A stretch of DNA of 64,000 nucleotides, taken from positions 32,001 to 96,000 of the forward strand of contig CAXXOU010000001.1 of NCBI GenBank assembly GCA_963677495.2. Direction: 5' to 3'. A program made the translations under genes and the position numbers. This stretch comes from Candidatus Cloacimonadales bacterium (lineage in GTDB: Bacteria; Cloacimonadota; Cloacimonadia; Cloacimonadales; JAFGVF01). The notes beneath the pieces were generated by a model, which worked only from the letters and a program-made list of their open reading frames with translations, had not been told where the DNA came from and did no database searches. Positions 9,639 to 17,982 of this stretch are shown here, piece by piece; the stretch's first letter is position 1; each line of letters begins with the position of its first letter.

Positions 9639-10583
9639 CTATGGGGATTCTTGATGATAGAATTCTATGTTTTGACCTTTAAGAATTTGTTTTACCCTAG
9701 TAACATCCTTCTCTAAAACATTAGAACCAAAAAATACTGACTTTAAAGCACTGGGTTTGTAGCTAACTAAGTTTCTATGCTCCATAAAATCAACTTGTTT
9801 AATGATTCTTATTTCCTTTTGATCCTCCCACTTTGTAGTTTTTGTGCAAAAAACTCGTTCAATTGGAAATTCATTGCATATCTCAAAGCTTGGTCCCCAG
9901 AATCCTCCCTTGTTATAGATAACTTTAAATGGGATTGTAGAAAACTCAGGATCTTCCAATAAGTCTAAACATATACAAATTCCCTTACCCTGCTCAGCAT
10001 ATTCATCCCACATATTCATCATGTATGGACTACGAGTAAAACAACAGATCCTTGTAGTCGTAATTAGTTCCTCATAGACTCCCTCTAATATATTGTACAT
10101 GTGTTCTCTGTTTGTACCATTCTTTTCAAGTAAGTCAGGATAGTGACATTTTACAAAGAGATCAAACTTGTGCTTATCTATATCCGAAAATCTTCCCTTG
10201 AAAGGATTGTATCCTTCTTTGTTATCATCGAAATTCCGAGAGTTTGAAAACCACAATTGATTGTTTGCTAAGTTTTCAATTGTCTTATCGTTGAATTTCA
10301 GATATCTATAAACCTTTCGTGGGATTCCATACACATAGACGCATTGATTAATTTTGTAATCTGCATAAATTCGTCTATTTTCCAAATATGCATCAGAGGT
10401 TATATCCTTTTGATCTATCAAAGACTTCATTTTCTCTTCAATGGATCTATAGTATGATGACATCTGTTGATATAAAATGACTTCTTGTTCAACCCACCCA
10501 AGTTCTTTCCTTAAAATTTCTGAAGTAGGATTGGCTAGTTTATTTGCTACAGATTCAAATATAAACAGATTTTTTAAATCCAT
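9639..10583 (-). CDS. DUF2971-domain protein
   Basis: VYRY, LWFSN..NFDD, ICCFT, MWDEYA..GKGICI, TKTTKWEDQKEIR motifs. Start moved to ATG 10583 (GGAGG RBS). Confidence 0.75.
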   Translation of the reverse strand: MDLKNLFIFESVANKLANPTSEILRKELGWVEQEVILYQQMSSYYRSIEEKMKSLIDQKDITSDAYLENRRIYADYKINQCVYVYGIPRKVYRYLKFNDKTIENLANNQLWFSNSRNFDDNKEGYNPFKGRFSDIDKHKFDLFVKCHYPDLLEKNGTNREHMYNILEGVYEELITTTRICCFTRSPYMMNMWDEYAEQGKGICICLDLLEDPEFSTIPFKVIYNKGGFWGPSFEICNEFPIERVFCTKTTKWEDQKEIRIIKQVDFMEHRNLVSYKPSALKSVFFGSNVLEKDVTRVKQILKGQNIEFYHQESP

Positions 10584-10998
10584 ACATACCTCCATAAAGT
10601 TTAAAAATGATCCCCCTGCAAGGGTCTGACAAGCAGGTGGAACCATGGTTGAATTGGAGTAAGTCCAATTACACACAAACCCTAAATCCTTATATAGGGA
10701 AGTCAATTCTTTTATCTTGGCATGATAATCACCTCTTTGTATACCATGTCTTGCTATTTTGCTATTTCAAAGTATTGACAAATTTTAAGTTTTCAGCCTA
10801 TGTTTAAAGAAAGGAAAAATCTTGGCTTAGCTATTCCAAATAGTTAGTTTCCTGTCAAACCAACCGATGTGACCTATCAGATTCAATAATTTGACCAAAG
10901 ACTAACAATACCTGTTTACTTATACACGTATATCGTTTCTTATAAGTATTACATTGACATGATTATCCCAAAAAACTTTAATGAAGTGGAGGTTGACT

Positions 10999-11514
10999 AT
11001 GACTTTTAAAAACAAAGACCCCTTTACAGCATTCATCTTGGCTCTTATTTTTGGTCCAATTGGATACTTACACTTTGGTTTTAAAGTGTTTTTGTCATGT
11101 GTATCGGTTAGCATATTAACTTTTATATTTGGATTTGTTGTTGAATATCCAGAACTTTTTCTAATGTTTACATCTATTTCATATGGATTACATGCATTCA
11201 AACTGGCTAATTATTACAACAAAGAATTACTAAGATGTACTGAAGATGAACTCCCATATCTTAGGACTTTCTTATTCGGTTTTATTAGTATGGATAGATG
11301 GCTATTCTATTATATTGTAGGGCAGGCAATTGCTTTCGGAGCATATTACGGTGTGACTAATTTTGAACAAGGAAGAATACTTTACGGGCTTTTATCTCTT
11401 CTAGTAGCCCCTTTTGTTTTTTATTTTTTCTGCAAGCACACCTTGGGGTACTTATATTCCATTATCCTTGGAATACTTCTTGAGAATTATAAAGAAAAAA
11501 AAGGCCTAAATTAA
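10999..11514 (+). CDS. Hypothetical membrane protein
   Basis: About 4-5 hydrophobic segments; KDPFTAFILALIFGPIG N-terminus; ATG 10999 follows GGAGG. Confidence 0.65.
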   Translation: MTFKNKDPFTAFILALIFGPIGYLHFGFKVFLSCVSVSILTFIFGFVVEYPELFLMFTSISYGLHAFKLANYYNKELLRCTEDELPYLRTFLFGFISMDRWLFYYIVGQAIAFGAYYGVTNFEQGRILYGLLSLLVAPFVFYFFCKHTLGYLYSIILGILLENYKEKKGLN

Positions 11515-11549
11515 TAATTTCCAAAATTATTAATGAAAACTTGAATACA

Positions 11550-11693
11550 CTATTTATAACGAGATTTAAGGTTCCCGCTCTTGGTATAAATACCGCTGTT
11601 ATCAAGAATCTCTTTTGCTTTCTTCTTTGATGTTGAAACCTCTTTCCTCAGCTTTTCAAACATCTTTATTATATCTTCATGTTTTTTATCCAT
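11550..11693 (-). CDS. 47-aa small basic protein (below the ORF-track cutoff)
   Basis: GGAGGTG RBS, then MDKKHEDIIKMFEKLRKEVSTSKKKAKEILDNSGIYTKSGNLKSRYK*. Confidence 0.65.
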   Translation of the reverse strand: MDKKHEDIIKMFEKLRKEVSTSKKKAKEILDNSGIYTKSGNLKSRYK

Positions 11694-11940
11694 ATTCACA
11701 CCTCCAACAACTCAATAATCCAATTTTATGAAAATATGTCAATTAGATTATTTTATTACAGTATCTCTTCTTCCATATCCCCAACAACTTACAGACATCA
11801 CACTCTCTCATGATTATAGAATATGTAACTAAGAGTATACTTTTATGCAAAATTAGTTGACAAATAATTACTGTTCGGTTTTCTTTGTATTGTAAGTTAT
11901 AGAATAGATTAATTTTTAACGACCTTGAAAAGGAGCAATT

Positions 11941-13320
11941 ATGCGTAAGATCGATTTGAAACGATTCCGTGAATCATTCAAGTATTACACGGAGTTACGC
12001 CAACAAGAGTTGAGAAGCAGCATGCTGTATTTCAACAATGGCACACTTTTAAGAAACTCCCAAAGTAGCATTATCGGTGGTAGTGCTCGCGTCTTCAAGA
12101 ATGGCGTATGGGGACTCTCAGCAAACACTGACCTTAATGACCAAAACATTGCCACAATGATTAAGAAAGCCACATCACAGGCTGAGTTCTTAGCAGGCAA
12201 ATCAGGCAAAACTGACTACAACCTACCTTCCATCACAGGTATCAACGAGAATCTTTACAAAGCGAAAAGAACACCTATGAGTATCAAAGAGCAGATTGAG
12301 TTCTGTCAAGAAGTTGATGCTTACATTGCAAAGAAATATCCTGAGCTTCAAGCTCGCAATGTTGGTTTCCAGAGTTCCACAATGGAGAAGAACCTTCTCA
12401 CTTCAGATGGTGCAATCTCTCATTATGAAATTCCACGCTCATTCCTTATCCTTGTGATGACTATTATGAATGGTAACGAACCTGTATCTCTCCACGATGT
12501 TGTGGGTGGATATGGCGAATCGCAGGATCTTTTCAGTAATCCTGAAGAGCTCTTCCCTAAGATTGATGAACTTTACATGCATGTTAGAAATAAGAAAGAC
12601 GCTATCTGGGCAGAAGCCGGTGTTCATGATGTTGTTATGGATGCTAAGCTTGCAGGTATACTTTCTCATGAAGCTGTTGGTCACACAACAGAAGCTGACA
12701 TTGTACTCAATGGTTCTATTGCAGGTGATATGCTCAACCAGAAAGTAGCTTCTGACCTGGTTACTATGGTTGACGTTGCTCATACATATAATGGTGACCT
12801 ATGTCCACAACCGGTATTTGTCGATGATGAAGGCACCGAAGCTAAGGATACTATGCTTATTGAAAATGGTATCCTTAAAGGCTTCATGCACACACGTGAA
12901 ACTGCTCATAAGTTTGGTGTTGAGCCTACAGGTAATGCTCGTGCTTATGATTTCAGTGATGAACCACTTGTACGCATGAGAAACACAATGATTGTACCGG
13001 GAACTTCAAAACTTGATGATATGATCAAAGATGTTGAAAAGGGTTATTACCTTGTGAACCCATCTAACGGTCAGGCTGACTCTACTTCTGAGTTCATGTT
13101 TGGTGTCACTCTCGGTTACGAAATCAACGAAGGTAAACTCGGAAAAGCTATCAAAGATACAACTATCTCAGGTGTTGCATTCGAACTTCTTAAGACTATC
13201 ACAGACATCTCTGATGACCTGACCTGGATATCATCAGGTATGTGTGGTAAGAAACAACCAATGCCTGTTGGAATGGGTGGTCCTGCTATCCGTTGTAAAG
13301 TTATGGTAGGAGGTAAATAG
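11941..13320 (+). CDS. tldD: TldD-family metalloprotease
   Basis: HEAVGH zinc motif, TGNARA, VRMRNT, CGK...PVGMGGP. Confidence 0.93.
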   Translation: MRKIDLKRFRESFKYYTELRQQELRSSMLYFNNGTLLRNSQSSIIGGSARVFKNGVWGLSANTDLNDQNIATMIKKATSQAEFLAGKSGKTDYNLPSITGINENLYKAKRTPMSIKEQIEFCQEVDAYIAKKYPELQARNVGFQSSTMEKNLLTSDGAISHYEIPRSFLILVMTIMNGNEPVSLHDVVGGYGESQDLFSNPEELFPKIDELYMHVRNKKDAIWAEAGVHDVVMDAKLAGILSHEAVGHTTEADIVLNGSIAGDMLNQKVASDLVTMVDVAHTYNGDLCPQPVFVDDEGTEAKDTMLIENGILKGFMHTRETAHKFGVEPTGNARAYDFSDEPLVRMRNTMIVPGTSKLDDMIKDVEKGYYLVNPSNGQADSTSEFMFGVTLGYEINEGKLGKAIKDTTISGVAFELLKTITDISDDLTWISSGMCGKKQPMPVGMGGPAIRCKVMVGGK

Positions 13321-13321
13321 A

Positions 13322-14614
13322 ATGGATATCAAGAAAATAGCACAATTTACTCTCGATACATTGGTTAAAGCAGGTGCAGAGAAAGCTACTGTACTTTGCA
13401 TAGAAAAGATTAAGACTGAGCTCCAGCTTGAGCATGGTGAGATTAACCTTTTCAGAACTATTCCTAACTTTGGACTCACATTGTCAGTTATCAATGATTT
13501 CAAAGTTGCACATATTACAATCAACGACCTAACAGAGGAAGAGATTGCCAAAGCTGCTACAAAAGTTGTGGAGATGGCTAACAACTCAACTCAGGATAAA
13601 GGTTTTGATATAGCTCCTGAAGCTCCTGCTGATTCATATAAGAAAGGCCAACTTGAGCCTGATACTGATAAGATGTACGAACGCCTTGTTGAGTTCAAGA
13701 ATGATTATCAAGAGCACTATCCAAGCATCCTTGCTGATGCGTATGTAGTGCATAACTACCGTCATTCAGTTAGACTCAATACAAATGGTATCGACTTCGA
13801 GACTGAGCTTGGTAACTATGAGTTCTCAACAATCTTCTCAGCAAAGAGCAAAGCATCAGTAAGTTCTATGAACTACGATGGAGCTGTTATGAAAGACCTT
13901 AGCAAACCACTGATTGAGCTTGGTTTGATTAAGACTTACTTCGACCAAATCGTTGGTCAAATGAAGACAGAGAGAATCGAAGGCAAGTTCAAAGGAGACC
14001 TTGTACTTCTCCCACAAAATGTGGAGATGTTAGTTGGAATGCTTCTGCAAAGCAACTTAACAGTAATGCCACTAATGAACAGAACAAGTTTGTTAGCTGA
14101 TAAGTTAGGTGAAAAGATTATGAGTGAGAAGCTTACTGTTGTATCAGATCCAGATAATGCTGACTTCGCTCTCGGTTCAAACTGCATCCACGAAGGTCTT
14201 AAACCTAAACTCACAACCATTATTGATGAAGGTATCCTCAAGACATATCTTCTCGGCATCTACGGTGCCAATAAAACAGGTTACGATGTAGCAACAACTG
14301 AAGGTAGCTTCTTAAAGATAACACCCGGTCAGATTACCTATGACGATATGATCAAAGATGTGAAAGAGGGACTTCTCCTCGTTCGCTTCTCAGGCGGAAA
14401 CCCTAATGCTTTCGGTGACCTTGCAGGTGTTGCAAAGAATAGCTATTACATCAAAGACGGTAAGATTCAATATCCTGTCAGCGAAGTTATGATAAGCGGA
14501 AATATCCTCGAAATGCTTAATAACGTAAAACACGTTAGTAAAGAAACAAAGAACACCGGAGTTAGCGAAACTCCTTGGATTACAATCGGAGACGTTACTA
14601 TTTCCGGTAAATAA
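13322..14614 (+). CDS. pmbA: PmbA/TldE-family protein
   Basis: TldD/PmbA-like sequence lacking HExxxH; 1 bp after tldD. Confidence 0.85.
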   Translation: MDIKKIAQFTLDTLVKAGAEKATVLCIEKIKTELQLEHGEINLFRTIPNFGLTLSVINDFKVAHITINDLTEEEIAKAATKVVEMANNSTQDKGFDIAPEAPADSYKKGQLEPDTDKMYERLVEFKNDYQEHYPSILADAYVVHNYRHSVRLNTNGIDFETELGNYEFSTIFSAKSKASVSSMNYDGAVMKDLSKPLIELGLIKTYFDQIVGQMKTERIEGKFKGDLVLLPQNVEMLVGMLLQSNLTVMPLMNRTSLLADKLGEKIMSEKLTVVSDPDNADFALGSNCIHEGLKPKLTTIIDEGILKTYLLGIYGANKTGYDVATTEGSFLKITPGQITYDDMIKDVKEGLLLVRFSGGNPNAFGDLAGVAKNSYYIKDGKIQYPVSEVMISGNILEMLNNVKHVSKETKNTGVSETPWITIGDVTISGK

Positions 14615-14633
14615 ATCCACATTTCACACCGTC

Positions 14634-14662
14634 AAAAGAGCATGTATCCAGCATGCTCTTTT
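14634..14662 (+). terminator. Intrinsic terminator after pmbA
   Basis: AAAAGAGCATG-TATCCAG-CATGCTCTTTT. Confidence 0.8.
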
Positions 14663-14819
14663 CTTATGGATTTAACCGACTGCGTCGGTTTGCCCTGTCA
14701 CACTTCTTCATACATGCACGTAGAGCATGCAACCTGCCTGCCCACAGCTCGAAAGATACAGCATCAGATACACTCCATAAAATAGATTTCCTCTAAATTC
14801 ATCTAAATTCATCCAAATC

Positions 14820-14987
14820 TGCCCTTCTTCATCCCTTCCGGTTCCGTGACTAAGAAAGGTGTTTCAAAGGTAATCCACAGGTGACCCTCTCGTGACCCTC
14901 TCGTGGAAGGCCTCGATTTATCCACATGATGTGGATAACTTAAAAATTTATGGAAAACTTGTCTTAATCACGGAACCAGAAGGGATG
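14820..14987 (+). repeat. Dispersed repeat copy 1 (MITE-like; 26-bp inverted ends; paired DnaA boxes)
   Basis: 14820-14970 matches the reverse complement of 58205-58355 at 138/151 positions with no gaps (manual count). IR 14830-14855 / 14962-14987 matches 24/26. TTATCCACA-TGA-TGTGGATAA at 14918-14938. Confidence 0.9.
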
Positions 14988-15089
14988 CAACAGGTTCATT
15001 TGGATTTCAATTAAATTAAATGGGAGATTTATTGTTGCCAGATTCTATATTGGTTTCAATAATTAGTCCATTAAAGGAAGGATGATTAA

Positions 15090-15620
15090 ATGAGATATAT
15101 CGCAATACTTAGAGGAATCAATGTTGGTGGACACCGAAAGATATTGATGAAGGTCTTTAAAGAGCAACTGAAAGAGCTTGGTTTTACTGATATTATCACC
15201 TACATCCAGAGTGGGAATGTTATATTTTCATCTGATGAGCCGTATTGCCTTGCACTGGGGAAAACTATTAAAGACTTTATTGCTGAAGAATATGTCTATG
15301 ATGTGCCGGTTATCGTTCGGACTGTGGAGGAGTGGCAAGAAGTTATTGCTAACAATCCATTGATTCCGGATGGGGATTATGATATAAACAGATACTTAGT
15401 AATTCTGTTAGACAAAGAACCTGACCCCAAAAGTGTTAAAGACCTAAATCAATTGGACTTTTCACCAGATAAGTTTGTTGTTGTAGGTAAGAATATTTAT
15501 CTCTATTCTGCAGGTCCTGTTCATAAATCGAAGTTAACTATCAATATGTTCGAAAAGAAATTAGGAGTTGTTGCCAGTGCGAGGAATTGGAAGACTGTAC
15601 TTAGGATAAAGGAGCTTTAA
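15090..15620 (+). CDS. DUF1697-family protein
   Basis: YIAILRGINVGG, TYIQSGNVIF, ARNWKTV. Confidence 0.9.
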   Translation: MRYIAILRGINVGGHRKILMKVFKEQLKELGFTDIITYIQSGNVIFSSDEPYCLALGKTIKDFIAEEYVYDVPVIVRTVEEWQEVIANNPLIPDGDYDINRYLVILLDKEPDPKSVKDLNQLDFSPDKFVVVGKNIYLYSAGPVHKSKLTINMFEKKLGVVASARNWKTVLRIKEL

Positions 15621-15623
15621 TCC

Positions 15624-15743
15624 ACCTTTGGAATGGTTGAGTTTGCGAGACCTTGCAAATGGTGGGAAACGAAATAGAACAACCAACTATGAGAAAGAGA
15701 TATTAAGTGTACCATTTAGAAGGTCTACGACCATTCTAAAGGT
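15624..15743. repeat. REP/REPIN-like element with four near-palindromic 14-mers
   Basis: ACCTTTGGAATGGT (15624), ACCTTGCAAATGGT (15650), ACCATTTAGAAGGT (15711), ACCATTCTAAAGGT (15730), arranged as nested inverted pairs. Confidence 0.7.
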
Positions 15744-15758
15744 AGATATTGCTATACC

Positions 15759-17933
15759 CTAATAATTATACCCAATACTAAAGTAACCTGAGAAATCCTT
15801 ATAAAGGTTATTCTTTTGTAAAGAGACCTGGATAGCTCCCAGAATTGTTCTAACACCAAAATCAACAGAACCTCCGAACATATCGTTCTCAGCTTTGAAG
15901 AGCTTGGTAATATCATCTTTAACTTCTCCATAATATCCGTTCACACCAATGAAGATTAAATCATGAAACGAACGTTGAATACCAAGTTTCCCAACATAAA
16001 TATTTCTACCCTTTTTCTTACGAGTAGTCATTGCAGGAAAAGGGAAAGTTGTAGAATTTATTAATCTATTACCCCCTAGATAGAAGGCATTATTATTCAG
16101 CTTGTTGTTTTCTGTAGAGATACCTAAATTCATTCCCAATTGAAGGCTGTAGTTCTTAGTTATTGGTACAGCACTTCGGTTATTGATAATTAACCTTTGC
16201 ACTTGATCATCAAAATCACTATCTAAACCTTCTATGAAACAGTTCTCAAATCTATTGTAAACCCATACTCCCTTTGATGGGAAATAGATGTCATCCAAGA
16301 AATCTCTATGAATTACAAGCCCAATTTTATCAGTGTGTTTCACATAATTGAAGTTATCGAGATTACTATTACTTTCCAGAAGATTGATATCATGAGAGTA
16401 AAGTAAAGATACAGAGAAAATATTATTAAATAGTAGTGTAGGTCCTGCATAAATGGATATATCAGATAGGAACTTTGGTTCTCCTGACCTTGTGTGTCCT
16501 TTATACTTATAGATCTCGGAGACATTAAGAGAACTTCCTGTAATAAGTCCAACTCCGTAATCCCAACCACTTAGAAACAGATGATGAATATCAATCTCAG
16601 CTTTAGGATTCAGTCTGGCATCGAAGTTAAGGCTAGTACCTCTCTTCAAAAGGTTCTGGAACTTTAACTGTAATAGTACCGAAGCATAATCTTCCGAGTT
16701 AAAGTTACCACCAAGTGATATGGAATCATTGGACTTTTCTCTGAGCTTTATGAGCAAGTTAAAGCCATCTCCCCTCTCTCTTTTAACTAATCTATAGTGA
16801 ACATGCTCAAAGTTCCTACTTGAGACCAATCTCTGGATTGAGGCTTCTATCTTATCAACGTGCACAACTGAGGGAGTTCGTATGTTCAACCAACCACGTA
16901 CAGCATAAGATGGAGTGGACTCTAATCCCTCAACCTTAATCTTCCTAATTAGGAACTCTCTCTTTGTGTGGTCTGGGAACTCCACTGGTTCTTTGTCATA
17001 ACTTTTAAGAATCGAAGCAAGAGCAGTGAGTTCATCATAATTCTGTCTTGTAGCATATTCACCAATGTTATAAATGTCTCTTAACTTATCAAAGGACATG
17101 ATATTATAGTCAACAAGATTAGGCGTGATAAGCAGATCGCATGATTTACGTTGTTCCTCTGTAGATGCATACCCACGATATGAAATAGCCTGGTTAATTA
17201 CCGAAATGACATTTGTGAGTTCATCACGACTTGCGATAGAAGATGAGATATCTACGCCAATAATTATCTCAGCTCCCATGTCTCTAACCAGTTGAACAGG
17301 GAAGTTATCTACAAGCCCACCATCAAGAAGAAGATACTCTTCCCATTCAGATGGAGAGAATACAGATGGGATTGACATTGAAGAGCGTATTGCTTCTGAC
17401 AAAATGCCATGATCCATTATAACAGGCTCACCAGTCTCTATATTGGTACCCATGCAACTAAAAGGAATTGGAAGCTGATTAAAATCTTCAATGCCATGCA
17501 CCGGGATTGTCAGTGTTGATAATAGGGATATCACGTTCTGCCCTGTTACAAATCCGGTAGGTAGAACAATTCGTCCCTTTTCAAGTGGAAAACTAAGTTG
17601 ATACTTGCCTTCGTTTTCAAGTTCTGAAAAAGATAGGTTTTGCCTTTCACGTCTATCAGCCATTAGTTCAGGCCAGTTCAAATCAAAAACTATCTTTTCA
17701 AGTTCTTCAGCAGAATAGCCTATTGAATATAACGCCCCTATTATTGCTCCCATACTGGTTCCGGTAATGTAATCAGGTTTGATTCCATGCTCTTCAAGTA
17801 CTTTTAAAACACCAATATGTGCAACACCTTTAGCTCCACCACCACTAAGCACAAGACCCACTTTAGGTCTGTCATTTGCAATTAGGTTCAAGGCAATAAT
17901 AGTAAGTAAAATAAATCCAATAAGCTTCTTCAA
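15759..17933 (-). CDS. Patatin-like phospholipase with POTRA and beta-barrel (PlpD/type Vd-like)
   Basis: Signal peptide; GGGAKG, GTSMG and DGG patatin motifs; barrel-like C-terminus ending FSIGYNY. TTG 17933 is the likely start (ORF track gives 17945). Confidence 0.88.
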   Translation of the reverse strand: MKKLIGFILLTIIALNLIANDRPKVGLVLSGGGAKGVAHIGVLKVLEEHGIKPDYITGTSMGAIIGALYSIGYSAEELEKIVFDLNWPELMADRRERQNLSFSELENEGKYQLSFPLEKGRIVLPTGFVTGQNVISLLSTLTIPVHGIEDFNQLPIPFSCMGTNIETGEPVIMDHGILSEAIRSSMSIPSVFSPSEWEEYLLLDGGLVDNFPVQLVRDMGAEIIIGVDISSSIASRDELTNVISVINQAISYRGYASTEEQRKSCDLLITPNLVDYNIMSFDKLRDIYNIGEYATRQNYDELTALASILKSYDKEPVEFPDHTKREFLIRKIKVEGLESTPSYAVRGWLNIRTPSVVHVDKIEASIQRLVSSRNFEHVHYRLVKRERGDGFNLLIKLREKSNDSISLGGNFNSEDYASVLLQLKFQNLLKRGTSLNFDARLNPKAEIDIHHLFLSGWDYGVGLITGSSLNVSEIYKYKGHTRSGEPKFLSDISIYAGPTLLFNNIFSVSLLYSHDINLLESNSNLDNFNYVKHTDKIGLVIHRDFLDDIYFPSKGVWVYNRFENCFIEGLDSDFDDQVQRLIINNRSAVPITKNYSLQLGMNLGISTENNKLNNNAFYLGGNRLINSTTFPFPAMTTRKKKGRNIYVGKLGIQRSFHDLIFIGVNGYYGEVKDDITKLFKAENDMFGGSVDFGVRTILGAIQVSLQKNNLYKDFSGYFSIGYNY

Positions 17934-17945
17934 ATCAATCTCCAT

Positions 17946-17972
17946 AAAAAGGGGAGGAGAAAACTCCTCCCC
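17946..17972 (-). terminator. Intrinsic terminator after the RND permease
   Basis: Minus strand GGGGAGGAG-TTTT-CTCCTCCCC-TTTTT. Confidence 0.8.
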
Positions 17973-17982
17973 ATAATATTAT

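Noticed and set aside
14674..14750. AACCGAC-TGC-GTCGGTT hairpin and a GTAG-like REP remnant
   Set aside because: Single short occurrences in the window, too degenerate to call.
14918..14938. Chromosomal origin oriC
   Set aside because: Only 2-3 boxes, inside a repeat that recurs at 58.2 kb, with no dnaA/dnaN/gidA context.
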